From Planctomycetota bacterium (GTDB lineage: Bacteria > Planctomycetota > GCA-002687715 > DRQF01), in the NCBI GenBank assembly GCA_036479435.1, contig JAZGFI010000124.1:1-14225 (forward strand): a DNA stretch of 14,225 nucleotides, read 5' to 3'. Every line of letters starts with the position of its first letter. Position 1 is the stretch's first letter. Below are positions 1 through 8,416 of the stretch, piece after piece. The position numbers were made by a program, and so were the translations under genes. The notes below the pieces were generated by a model. The model ran no database searches and had not been told where the DNA came from. It was given only the letters and a program-made list of their open reading frames with translations.

Positions 1-38
1 GCGAGCGTCTTCGGCTGGGCCATCTTGAAGGCCTTCAT
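1..38 (-). CDS. FAD-binding subunit of xanthine dehydrogenase-family molybdoenzyme (PaoB/YagS-like), N-terminal 12 codons only
   Basis: ATG at 38 overlaps the TGA of the Mo subunit (ATGA), with GGAG upstream. Reads MKAFKMAQPKTL, typical of the medium-subunit start. Runs off the window edge. Confidence 0.65.
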   Translation of the reverse strand, partial: MKAFKMAQPKTL

Positions 39-2335
39 TTCTTCTCCTTTTGGGCCAAGGCCTCAAGAACTTTTCTCGGGGTGATCGGGATCGAAGTGAC
101 GCGCACGCCGATCGCGTCGTAGACGGCGTTGGCGATCGCCGCGGCAGTCGCGATGACCGGGGGTTCTCCGAGGCCCATGACACTGGTGCTGTTGTAGCCG
201 TTGGCGACATCGACAAGTACGACGTCGATCTCGGGGCAATCGACCGGACCTGCGATCTTGTAGGTCTCCATGTTGTCGTTGAGCATGTGCCCGCCGACGG
301 AGTCCATGAGGCGGTTTTCAAAGAGCGCGTAGCTAACTCCCTGAATGACCCCGCCGCGGACTTGGCTGATCGAGGTCTTCTCGTTGATGATCTTGCCCGC
401 ATCGGCGATGGCGCAGACTTTGGTGACTTTGACTTCACCGGTTTCGGTGTCGACTTCCACCTCGGCAAATTGGGCTCCGGCGTTGGTGCCGCTGAAGCCG
501 GTGCGAGAGTTGCGGGGGCGCTTTGATGTCACGTCCACGAGGTCGTCCGTCATCAAGGCGCAGGCCTCTTTGAAGGTCATTTGTGCGACGTACTTGCTGC
601 CTTTTTTCTTCACCAGTTGACCGCCTTGGATATCGAGGTCATCGACTTTCCATTCCTTGGCTTCGGCGAGGATCTGCAAAAGCTCGACCTTGGCGTCGTG
701 AGCTGATTGTCGCGCGGCTGGCGTGAGGGTCGCAGCGGTGGTGGACCCGCCACTGGCGGGGCCGCGTGGGTCGCGCGTGTCGCCGATGAAGGTCTGGATG
801 TCCGACAGCTTCAACCCAAGCTCTTCGGCGACGACCATCCCGATGATAGTTCGGGTGCCGGTGCCAATATCCTGCGAACCGTTGCGCGCTTCGATCTGGC
901 CGTTCTTGTAGATGCGGATTTGGACTTGGGCGCCGCCCCCGCCGCGAGCAAACCACTCGCTACCGGCACAGCCAATGCCGCTTTTGACGCGACCCTTGTC
1001 AGAGCCAGCTTTGTTGCTGCGTTTTTTCTTCCAGTCAGTGCGCTGGGCACCCAGCTCAAACTCGTAGGGGCGAATCTTGTGGCCGTCGTTGCGCTGGCGG
1101 AACTCAATCGGGTCCATGCCGAGTTTTTCGGCCGCCATGTCCATCATTTGCTCAAGCGCGTAAACCCCTTGAGGAAATCCCGGAGCACGCATGGCGCGCA
1201 GAGCCCCGGTGTTCGTGCGTACGGCGTACTCGATCTTGTCGCGCTCACCGAGCTTGTACATGCCATCGTTGCGCGCGCCTGGCCCGTTACTGCCGCTGCC
1301 AGGAGTGCCCCAGACACGGGCCTGATAGCCGAGGATCGTGCCGTCTTTTTTGAGCGCCATGGTGATCTTTTGGATCGAATCCGGCCGGTTACCAACGGCG
1401 AGGTGTTCCTCGCTGCGGTTGAGCATCAGCTTGACCGGACGCTTTGTTTCACGGGCGAGCAAGCCGCCGGTGATGCCTTCGCGGCCCGCGGAGAACTTGG
1501 AACCAAAACCGCCGCCAACGTACTCGCAGAAGACGCGGATGTTGTCCATGTCGATGTGCTGATTGAGTTCGCGAGCCGTGTTGAAAGTGCCCTGCGTCGA
1601 GGCGTAGCAGATCATGTTGCCGCCGTTCCAATCACAGACGACGCCATGGGTCTCTAAGGAAGTGTGCGTTTGGCAGGGTGTGTCGAATTCGGCCTCGATG
1701 ACGTGGTCGGCTTCTTTTCGGGCCTGCTCAAAGCGTTCTTTACGGTCAGCCAACATCGCTTCGATGCGGGCAGCTCGATCCTGTTGAGACTCGCCTCGTT
1801 TGCCGCGCCCGGCGCGAACCTTTCGGAGGACGTTCTTTTGGTTATTGCGGCCGACCTTAGGTGCTCCGGGTTTCATCGCGTCAATCGTGTTCACCGCATG
1901 GGGCAAGAGCTCATACTCAACCTTGATGGCCTTGATGGCTTCTTCGGCGATGAACTCGGTGTCCGCGGCGACGGCGGCGATTTCACATCCGGCGAATCGA
2001 GCGGAAGAGGTGCGGAACTGCTTGGTGAGGTCTAAGGCCGCATGAACGCCCTTCATCTTGAGCGCAGGGCTGAGGTCGATCGATTTCACATCCGCATTGG
2101 GATGCGGGCTTCTCAAGATTCGACCGAAGAGCATCTTGGGCAGGTTGCGGTCGTAGGTGTACTTCGCCGCTCCGGTGACTTTGGCGATGCCGTCGACGCG
2201 GTCATCGCGACCGCCGACGACGCTGTACTCGCGATCGAGGTGGTAGGGAATCAGCTCACCGTCGCGCAGTTCCAGGGTGACCTCTTCGCGTTGGTCACCG
2301 AATCCGAGTTTGATTTTGATTTCTTGGCGGCTCAT
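35..2335 (-). CDS. Xanthine dehydrogenase-family molybdopterin-binding subunit (PaoC/YagR/CoxL-like), 766 aa
   Basis: Motifs KVTGAAKY, LRSPHPNA, GGGFGSK, MRAPG, QDIGTGTRT, SGGS, GGVIQG and GLGEPP. Start taken at ATG 2335 (ATGA overlap with the upstream gene, AAGGAG RBS), not 2518. Confidence 0.95.
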   Translation of the reverse strand: MSRQEIKIKLGFGDQREEVTLELRDGELIPYHLDREYSVVGGRDDRVDGIAKVTGAAKYTYDRNLPKMLFGRILRSPHPNADVKSIDLSPALKMKGVHAALDLTKQFRTSSARFAGCEIAAVAADTEFIAEEAIKAIKVEYELLPHAVNTIDAMKPGAPKVGRNNQKNVLRKVRAGRGKRGESQQDRAARIEAMLADRKERFEQARKEADHVIEAEFDTPCQTHTSLETHGVVCDWNGGNMICYASTQGTFNTARELNQHIDMDNIRVFCEYVGGGFGSKFSAGREGITGGLLARETKRPVKLMLNRSEEHLAVGNRPDSIQKITMALKKDGTILGYQARVWGTPGSGSNGPGARNDGMYKLGERDKIEYAVRTNTGALRAMRAPGFPQGVYALEQMMDMAAEKLGMDPIEFRQRNDGHKIRPYEFELGAQRTDWKKKRSNKAGSDKGRVKSGIGCAGSEWFARGGGGAQVQIRIYKNGQIEARNGSQDIGTGTRTIIGMVVAEELGLKLSDIQTFIGDTRDPRGPASGGSTTAATLTPAARQSAHDAKVELLQILAEAKEWKVDDLDIQGGQLVKKKGSKYVAQMTFKEACALMTDDLVDVTSKRPRNSRTGFSGTNAGAQFAEVEVDTETGEVKVTKVCAIADAGKIINEKTSISQVRGGVIQGVSYALFENRLMDSVGGHMLNDNMETYKIAGPVDCPEIDVVLVDVANGYNSTSVMGLGEPPVIATAAAIANAVYDAIGVRVTSIPITPRKVLEALAQKEKK

Positions 2336-2997
2336 TGTTTGCGCTCCTTCACCTGGCCGGTACTGGCAAGGGCAACGGCCTCGAAGATGTTTTCGTAGGT
2401 GCCGCAGCGGCAAATGTTGCCGGCGATGCCCTGGGCCACTTCGTCGCGCGTCGGCTTGGCGTTCTTGGCTAAAAGGGCGGTGCAGGACATGACCATGCCC
2501 GGCGTGCAGAATCCGCACTGAAGGGCATCACACTCCACAAAAGCGCTCTGCAAATCGCTGAGCTTGCCATCTTCGCCGACGAGACCTTCGACGGTGGTGA
2601 TGTCGTGGCCGGCGGCATCGACGGCCAGCGTGCAGCAAGCAGAGATCGTCTTACCGTCCATGAACACCGTGCAGGCCCCGCAAGCGCCGCGATCGCAAAC
2701 GCGTTTGGCGCCGGTGATGTCGAGGTCGTTGCGGAGGAAGTCGAGCAAGGTGGTGAAGGGGCTGGCCTTGGCGGTCGATTGTTTGCCGTTGACGGTCAAA
2801 GACAGAGGCGCTGGCCCGGGGCCGAGGATCTTCACCTCCTCAACGAGGCCCGGGGTCTTGGCGCCAGCGCTGGGGCTGACGACGCCCGCGGCGGCTACGG
2901 CAATACTCGCTCCCTTTAGGAATCCGCGCCGGCTCACGCCCTCGGTGGGCGGGCTGTCGTCGGCGGAGCCCGATCGGGGGTCCTGGGGTCGACTCAT
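2332..2997 (-). CDS. 2x[2Fe-2S] subunit with Tat signal (PaoA/YagT-like), 221 aa
   Basis: CDRGACGACTV...C, QCGFCTPG and GNICRCG motifs; SRRGFLK twin-arginine motif followed by a hydrophobic stretch. Start at ATG 2997 is a judgement. Confidence 0.95.
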   Translation of the reverse strand: MSRPQDPRSGSADDSPPTEGVSRRGFLKGASIAVAAAGVVSPSAGAKTPGLVEEVKILGPGPAPLSLTVNGKQSTAKASPFTTLLDFLRNDLDITGAKRVCDRGACGACTVFMDGKTISACCTLAVDAAGHDITTVEGLVGEDGKLSDLQSAFVECDALQCGFCTPGMVMSCTALLAKNAKPTRDEVAQGIAGNICRCGTYENIFEAVALASTGQVKERKQ

Positions 2998-3278
2998 GGT
3001 TTGCTTCTCGCGAATGGCATGATGGATGGAGCGCGCAAAAACCACGAAGTGGTTGAGCGCGGGGATCTAGGGGAATCATAGCAGACCCCTTTGCTCGTGG
3101 ATGCCCCGGGTTGACGTTTGACCGAGACAAAAGCGCCCAGGCCGCCATTCCTGTCTTCTCTAGTGGTACTCGATTGAAACCAGCTGGCGGAGTCAGCAAG
3201 ATCATATGGTGTCTTCGCGGTGCCCCGCAAACCGACCCCCAATCCGGACCACGCCCCTACCGAGACCGAGATTATCTC

Positions 3279-4931
3279 ATGGATTATGCCCAGCAGCTTG
3301 ACCAACTCCTTGGTCTGAAAGACCTTAGCTACCACTACAATCTGGAAAAGCGGGAGCTCTTTCAGGCTGCCATCGAAAATGACCGCGGCCGCGTCAAGGC
3401 TGGCGGCTCCTTCGATGAGCAAAAAGCCTTCGCGACCAAGCTCGGCGACCAAGGACCACTCGTCTATTACAGCGATCCGTCAGCGACCGGCCGCCGCGTA
3501 AAGGACACTTTCGCGGCCGACTATCCGGAGTTTGCGGACAAGGTCTGGTGGAAGAACGACTTTGGAAAGTACGATCACAAAGCCTATGAAGGCCTGTTGA
3601 AGCGTGTCGTCGCCTATCTGAACGAAAGAAAAGCCACGCTTTTCGTGCAGGACGTCTACGCCGGCTCCGATCCCGCCTACGCCTTGCCCTTCCGCTTCGT
3701 GGGCGAATACGCCACGCATGCTTTATTCGTGCAAACGATGTTTCCAAAGGGTGTGCAGGGCGTCGAGAACGCCGAGGCCAAGCGCTGGACCCTTTTGAAC
3801 GTGCCCAGCTTCCACACCGTCCCCGAACGTGACGGCAGTCGCTCAGAAGCGGCCATCATTGTCGACTTCAAGCGCCAGATCGCGCTGGTCTGCGGCCCGG
3901 CTGACTACTGTGGCACGAACAAAAAGACGATGTTCACCGTCTTGAACTACCTTTTGCCGGATCTCGGCTTCTTGCCGATGCACTGCTCGGCAAACGTGGG
4001 CGACAAAAATGACGCCGCGATCCTCTTCGGCTTGTCCGGAACGGGCAAAACGACCCTTTCGGCTGATCCTGAGCGCAAACTCATCGGAGACGATGAAATC
4101 GGTTGGACTGAAGGTGCCGTTTCCAACTTTGAAGACGGTTGCTACGCCAAGCTGATCGACCTCGACAAAAAAGCCGAGCCCGTGATCGCCGCGGCGCTTT
4201 CGATGCCCTGTACCCTCATCGAGAACGTCCCGCCCCTACCCGGCAAGGCCTTGGCGGACACCGATCCCCAAGAACTGGACCTCAGCGACAACAGCCTTAC
4301 CGAGAACACGCGCTTCGCCTACGGCCTCGACTGCAACCCCATGGTGATGGAAAACAGCCGCGGCCCGGCTCCGAAGACGATTGTTCTGCTGACGGCGGAC
4401 GCCTTTGGTGTCTTGCCTCCGGTGTCGATCCTCGACCCCGAAGACGTGATGTACCACTTCGTGTCGGGCTTCACCGCCAAGCTCGCCGGCACTGAAGTCG
4501 GCGTTACCGAGCCCAAAGCGGCCTTTAGCGCCTGTTTTGGCGCGCCCTTTATGGCGCGATTTCCGTCGGTTTACGCCGAGCTGCTGGCCAAGAAAATGGC
4601 CGATGCCAACGCGCGCTGTATCTTGCTGAACACCGGCTGGAGTGGCGGCGTCTACGGGGTTGGCAAGCGCATCTCCATCAAACACACCCGCGCTCTGCTG
4701 AATGCGGCGCTTCGCGGCGATCTCGACACCATCGAGACGGAGGTGCACCCCGTCTTCAACTTGAAGATGCCCAAAACCTGCCCCGATGTGCCCTCGGAGA
4801 TCTTGAATCCCCGCAACACCTGGGCCGACAAGGCGGCCTACGACGTGGAGGCCGAGAAGCTCCGGGAGATGTTCCAGGCGAACTTCAAAGCCAAGAACTT
4901 CGCCGAGCTGGGCATCAAAGCGGTCCTTTAG
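3279..4931 (+). CDS. pckA: Phosphoenolpyruvate carboxykinase (ATP), about 550 aa
   Basis: MHCSAN, P-loop GLSGTGKTTLS, LIGDDE, GCYAK, ENTR, LTADAFGVLPP, FSACFGAPF and LNTGWSGG. ATG 3279 gives the usual length. Confidence 0.96.
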   Translation: MDYAQQLDQLLGLKDLSYHYNLEKRELFQAAIENDRGRVKAGGSFDEQKAFATKLGDQGPLVYYSDPSATGRRVKDTFAADYPEFADKVWWKNDFGKYDHKAYEGLLKRVVAYLNERKATLFVQDVYAGSDPAYALPFRFVGEYATHALFVQTMFPKGVQGVENAEAKRWTLLNVPSFHTVPERDGSRSEAAIIVDFKRQIALVCGPADYCGTNKKTMFTVLNYLLPDLGFLPMHCSANVGDKNDAAILFGLSGTGKTTLSADPERKLIGDDEIGWTEGAVSNFEDGCYAKLIDLDKKAEPVIAAALSMPCTLIENVPPLPGKALADTDPQELDLSDNSLTENTRFAYGLDCNPMVMENSRGPAPKTIVLLTADAFGVLPPVSILDPEDVMYHFVSGFTAKLAGTEVGVTEPKAAFSACFGAPFMARFPSVYAELLAKKMADANARCILLNTGWSGGVYGVGKRISIKHTRALLNAALRGDLDTIETEVHPVFNLKMPKTCPDVPSEILNPRNTWADKAAYDVEAEKLREMFQANFKAKNFAELGIKAVL

Positions 4932-4965
4932 CCGGTTGATTCGGGGCCAAGAAGGCCTCAAACGC

Positions 4966-4995
4966 GCCTTCAGTCCCGGTTTTCGGGCTGAAGGC
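4966..4995. terminator. Hairpin downstream of pckA (possible terminator or stabiliser, no U-tract)
   Basis: GCCTTCAG(T)CCCG-GTTTT-CGGGCTGAAGGC, 12 bp with one bulge. Confidence 0.45.
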
Positions 4996-5026
4996 AGCAA
5001 ATTCGCTCCGCCAAAGAAACAGGGCC

Positions 5027-5054
5027 TTGATCGGACCCCGGCGGCGCTTAAAAT
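5027..5054 (+). promoter_or_regulatory. Putative sigma70 promoter of tRNA-Asp
   Basis: TTGATC-16 nt-TAAAAT, ending 14 nt before the tRNA. Confidence 0.55.
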
Positions 5055-5068
5055 CCCGACGCAATACT

Positions 5069-5142
5069 GGCCCAGTGGCGCAATTGGTTAGCGCACCGCC
5101 CTGTCACGGCGGGGGTTGTGGGTTCGAGTCCCATCTGGGTCG
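5069..5142 (+). tRNA. tRNA-Asp (GTC), CCA not encoded
   Basis: Acceptor GGCCCAG/CTGGGTC plus discriminator G; D arm GCGC/GCGC; anticodon arm CCGCC-CTGTCAC-GGCGG; T arm GTGGG-TTCGAGT-CCCAT. Confidence 0.97.
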
Positions 5143-5149
5143 CTGCAAT

Positions 5150-5237
5150 AACACACACGGTGCATCGCACCGTGTGTGTTTTTCATCAATCAAAAGCACG
5201 GTGTATCCCGCACCGTGCTTTTGTTTTCATCAATCAA
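5150..5237 (+). terminator. Two tandem related intrinsic terminators after the tRNA
   Basis: AACACACACGGTGC-ATC-GCACCGTGTGTGTT-TTT and CAAAAGCACGGTGT-ATCCC-GCACCGTGCTTTTG-TTTT, each followed by CATCAATCAA. Confidence 0.85.
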
Positions 5238-5284
5238 GATACCCGCAAGCTTTGCGACCTTTGAAGGTTGCCCCTTCCGGGCCT

Positions 5285-5458
5285 TCACCAGATGACCACG
5301 TATTGGCCATCGTCTTGCGCCGCCAAGGCGCGCATCAAACCGCCGGGGCCTCCGGTGCCGATCGCGATGGTGTGGATCTGAGTCTTTTTGAGTTCGTTCA
5401 TCTTCTGTACTTCGGCCAAGATGTTCGCCGAGGCGAAAGCCTCGGCCTCTACTTTCAT
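5285..5458 (-). pseudogene. C-terminal fragment of a VWA-domain-like protein (57 codons)
   Basis: Reads MKVEAEAFASANILAEVQKMNELKKTQIHTIAIGTGGPGGLMRALAAQDDGQYVVIW*, matching the IHTIAIG...LM..LA...GG.Y end of VWA domains. An out-of-frame IIIISD segment lies just upstream (about 5500-5520). Not in the ORF track. Confidence 0.55.
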
Positions 5459-5541
5459 CGATGCGGGGTGGCATCGACTTCTCCTAAACGCTCACTTTCT
5501 CATCGGAGATAATGATGATCGCGAAGCGGTGGATCATGAGA

Positions 5542-5569
5542 TTGACATCTAAGGGGCTACGAGTAGGGT
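5542..5569 (+). promoter_or_regulatory. Putative sigma70 promoter for the 5646-9133 gene run
   Basis: Perfect TTGACA, 16 nt spacer, TAGGGT (TAnnnT). Confidence 0.45.
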
Positions 5570-5645
5570 CGAAAGCTGAGTTGCGGACAAAGGTCGAGTG
5601 GCCATAGTTCACAAGACAAACGCCGTGCGGAGTCAGGAGATTAGA

Positions 5646-6599
5646 GTGGATCGTCGACGATTCTTGGAGTTGGCCGGAGTGCTTCCCCTTGCGGCAGCCG
5701 CGGCGAGTTGCACTCGGTATGAAGAGAGCTCAGGTCGGCGGGCCCCGACGAGTGGGCCGACGGGAGGTGACCTTGCCGAATCCGGTCCGCTCTATCAGGT
5801 TTCCTTGGCCGAGTGGTCGGTTAACCGATCTGTGCAGGCCAAAAAACTCGATCACCTCGATTTTCCCAAGTACGCCCGCAGCGTTGGCATCGACGCTGTG
5901 GAGTACGTCAGCACCTTGTTTGCAGATGGCAAGTGCGATGCCAAGTACGTCGCAGCATTGAAATCTCGCTGCGAGGGTGAAGGCGTTCAGAGTTTGCTGA
6001 TCATGGTCGATGGCGAGGGCAACCTCGGCGCCGCCGAGCCCGCCGCCCGGGCCCAAGCCGTCGCCAATCACCACCGCTGGGTTGAGGCCGCCGCCGATCT
6101 GGGCTGTCACGCGATTCGCGTGAATGCTCGGAGTAGCGGTAGCTACGACGAACAGGCTGACCGTGCTGCAGATGGCCTGCGACAGCTTTGCGACTACGGC
6201 GATCGCTTCGGCATCGACGTCATCGTCGAAAACCACGGCGGACTGTCCTCTGACGGCGCGTGGTTGGCCGCCGTCATGCGAAAGACCGATCATCCCCGCG
6301 TCGGCACGCTGCCGGATTTCGGCAATTTTTCGATCTCGAAAACCGAGGTCTACGATCGCTATAAGGGGGTCGAAGAGCTGATGCCCTTCGCGAAGGCGGT
6401 GAGCGGCAAAAGCTACGCTTTTGATGCTAAGGGTCGTGAAACTAAAATTGACTACGCACGCATGATGAAGATCGTTGTCGACGCCGGCTATCGCGGCTAC
6501 GTCGGCATCGAGTTCGAAGGGGCAGGCGCTGCGCGCGAAGGAATCCTCGCGACCAAGGCCTTGCTCGAATCCGTGCGCGCCGATCTAGCCAAGAACTAA
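5646..6599 (+). CDS. Sugar phosphate isomerase/epimerase (AP endonuclease 2 TIM barrel), probable Tat lipoprotein, 317 aa
   Basis: VENHGGLSS, GTLPDFGNF and YVGIEFEG motifs. GTG 5646 follows AGGAG. N-terminus DRRRFL...AAAASC is a twin-Arg motif plus lipobox. Confidence 0.9.
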   Translation: MDRRRFLELAGVLPLAAAAASCTRYEESSGRRAPTSGPTGGDLAESGPLYQVSLAEWSVNRSVQAKKLDHLDFPKYARSVGIDAVEYVSTLFADGKCDAKYVAALKSRCEGEGVQSLLIMVDGEGNLGAAEPAARAQAVANHHRWVEAAADLGCHAIRVNARSSGSYDEQADRAADGLRQLCDYGDRFGIDVIVENHGGLSSDGAWLAAVMRKTDHPRVGTLPDFGNFSISKTEVYDRYKGVEELMPFAKAVSGKSYAFDAKGRETKIDYARMMKIVVDAGYRGYVGIEFEGAGAAREGILATKALLESVRADLAKN

Positions 6600-6613
6600 G
6601 GGTAAAAGACCAA

Positions 6614-7123
6614 GTGAGCGAATCTCAGGACTTTTCGGACGGCAATCCCCAAGCGGTGGAAATCGACCCCGAACTGCTGCGGCGCGCAGCCCGCAACCAT
6701 GTCAGCACGCCGGCCATTGGGATGATCTTCACCGGCGCGTTGAGTATTTTCGTGATGGTCTGCTTTTCCATTGTCGTCACCACAAATCCCGATGGCTACG
6801 TCGATTTTGTGCAAGGGCTCGGCTGGGCTAACCCCGATGAGGTTGATTTAGAGGAAGAGGCGCTCATGAAAGAGCGCCTTAGGGAAGCTGTATCCGATGG
6901 CCCTCGCTTGTGGACCCTCGCCATATCGATCATCGGTAGCCTCATCGCGATCGCCGGCGGAATTTGCATGAAACGGCTGAAAGCCCGCAAATTCGCGATT
7001 TGCGCCGGAATTGTGGCCATGATCCCGGTTTTTGTGCCCTGTTGTATCGGAATCGTATTCGGCGGGTGGGCCATTATGGTCTTGTTGCGCGACGACGTCG
7101 CCAGCGTCTTCGAGAACGGATAG
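6614..7123 (+). CDS. Membrane protein of unknown function with PCC motif, 169 aa
   Basis: Hydrophobic segments; C-terminus AMIPVFVPCCIGIVFGGWAIMVL; paralogous to the next gene. Confidence 0.8.
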   Translation: MSESQDFSDGNPQAVEIDPELLRRAARNHVSTPAIGMIFTGALSIFVMVCFSIVVTTNPDGYVDFVQGLGWANPDEVDLEEEALMKERLREAVSDGPRLWTLAISIIGSLIAIAGGICMKRLKARKFAICAGIVAMIPVFVPCCIGIVFGGWAIMVLLRDDVASVFENG

Positions 7124-7168
7124 ACTGCGTCGAATAGGAAATACCGCGACATCGAAGGAGTCGAATTC

Positions 7169-7651
7169 ATGGAAGAGCAGAACGGCGTCGATCGCCAAGC
7201 GGCGATGAGCCGATTGAAGGGCCCCGCTATCGGACTATTGGTGGTGGGTGCGCTCGGCGCGCTCTTGAGCGTCGGGAGCATTCTTGGCATCGGGGGCGCT
7301 AGCACCACGGCGATAATGAAACCCTTTGCGGACATGATCGAAAACCAAGCCGACGAAGCCGCCACCCCGGAAGAAGCGGAGCAACTTCGCGAGCAAGCGG
7401 AACAGATGCGCAACCCTGTGGGATCTACGGGTTCGAGTATCTTCTCCGGCCTTCTTAGCCTCGCGATCTGTGGCTTGGTGATTTTTGGCGCGATGAAGAT
7501 GATGAAAGCCGAGAGTTTTGGCCTTTCGATGGCGGGAGCCATTCTCGCCATGATTCCCTGTCTGAGTCCTTGTTGTTGTCTCGGCATACCGCTTGGTATT
7601 TGGGCCCTGATGGTCATGAACAAAGCCGAAGTCAAAGAAGCCTTCGCCTAA
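7169..7651 (+). CDS. Membrane protein of unknown function with PCCC motif, 160 aa
   Basis: AAGGAG RBS; GPAIGLL N-terminal helix; AMIPCLSPCCCLGIPLGIWALMVM...VKEAF. Confidence 0.85.
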   Translation: MEEQNGVDRQAAMSRLKGPAIGLLVVGALGALLSVGSILGIGGASTTAIMKPFADMIENQADEAATPEEAEQLREQAEQMRNPVGSTGSSIFSGLLSLAICGLVIFGAMKMMKAESFGLSMAGAILAMIPCLSPCCCLGIPLGIWALMVMNKAEVKEAFA

Positions 7652-7655
7652 ACTC

Positions 7656-8410
7656 ATGCATCAAACCACCGTCGCTCGAAAGGCCTTGCTCAAAGCAACT
7701 CTTTTGATGCTGTGCCTCTGTGGTGGTCGTGCCTTGAAAGCCCCTCTCTGGATCGATCTTTGATCCTGGGCGAGGGCTTTCATCGTTACCGTTGGCAGCC
7801 AGACTTTTTCCGACTTCCCGAAAAGACAACTTGGGGCAAAGAGCTAAAGGCTGGTTTGCACGGTATGACTTTGGTGCGAGAAGGGGAACCGGAGTCCTCT
7901 ACCTCACCCACACCATTCGCGGCGAAGTCCTAAAGACGACGCTCGACGGCAAAGTGCTGTGGCGACTTGGGACGCCGAAGTTGCCCAAGATCTATGCGAA
8001 GAAAAACGAGTATCACCCGACGAGCGTCGCGGTCGCGTCCAGTGCTGAGTTCTTCGTCGCCGACGGCTACGGCAAGAGCGTCATCTTGCACTACTCGAAG
8101 GATCGAAAACTCTTGGGCACCTTCGGGGGATGGGGCGGTAAGCCCGGTCAGATGCGCGTGCCCCACGGGCTCTACATCGATCGCTACGCGGGCAAAGAGG
8201 AGCTGCTGGTCGCCGATCGAGAAAATACCGTTTGCAGCGCTTCAGTCTCAAGGGGGTGTGGCTCGATCAACTGAAAGGGCCCTTTCGAAGGCCCTGCAGC
8301 GTCCATGGTCACGGAGACTATTTGGTCGTGGCCGACCTGGCGGGGCGCGTGACCTTGTTGGATCGCGTCTCGAACGGGTCCACGTTGGGCCGGGCAAGAA
8401 CCACAAGTAG
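7656..8410 (+). pseudogene. Frameshifted, truncated secreted NHL-repeat (beta-propeller) protein
   Basis: Four successive frames give a signal-like MHQTTVARKALLKATLLMLCLCG, then LGEGFHRYRW...WGKELKAGLHGM, then LYLTH...PTSVAV...VADGYG...PHGL...VADREN, then LQRFSL...RRPC...DLAGRVTLLD. The end coordinate is approximate. Confidence 0.8.
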
Positions 8411-8416
8411 GGCAGC

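Noticed and set aside
35..2335. Selenium-dependent molybdenum hydroxylase linked to the selenoprotein
   Set aside because: No in-frame TGA, no selD/yqeB/yqeC in the window, and the genes are about 9 kb apart in unrelated transcription units.
5150..5237. Mini CRISPR array
   Set aside because: Only two units, no unique spacers, terminator-like structure and no cas genes.
5027..5512. ORFs 5027-5512 (+) and 5190-5474 (-)
   Set aside because: They overlap the tRNA or terminators and have implausible composition; another minus frame is more protein-like.
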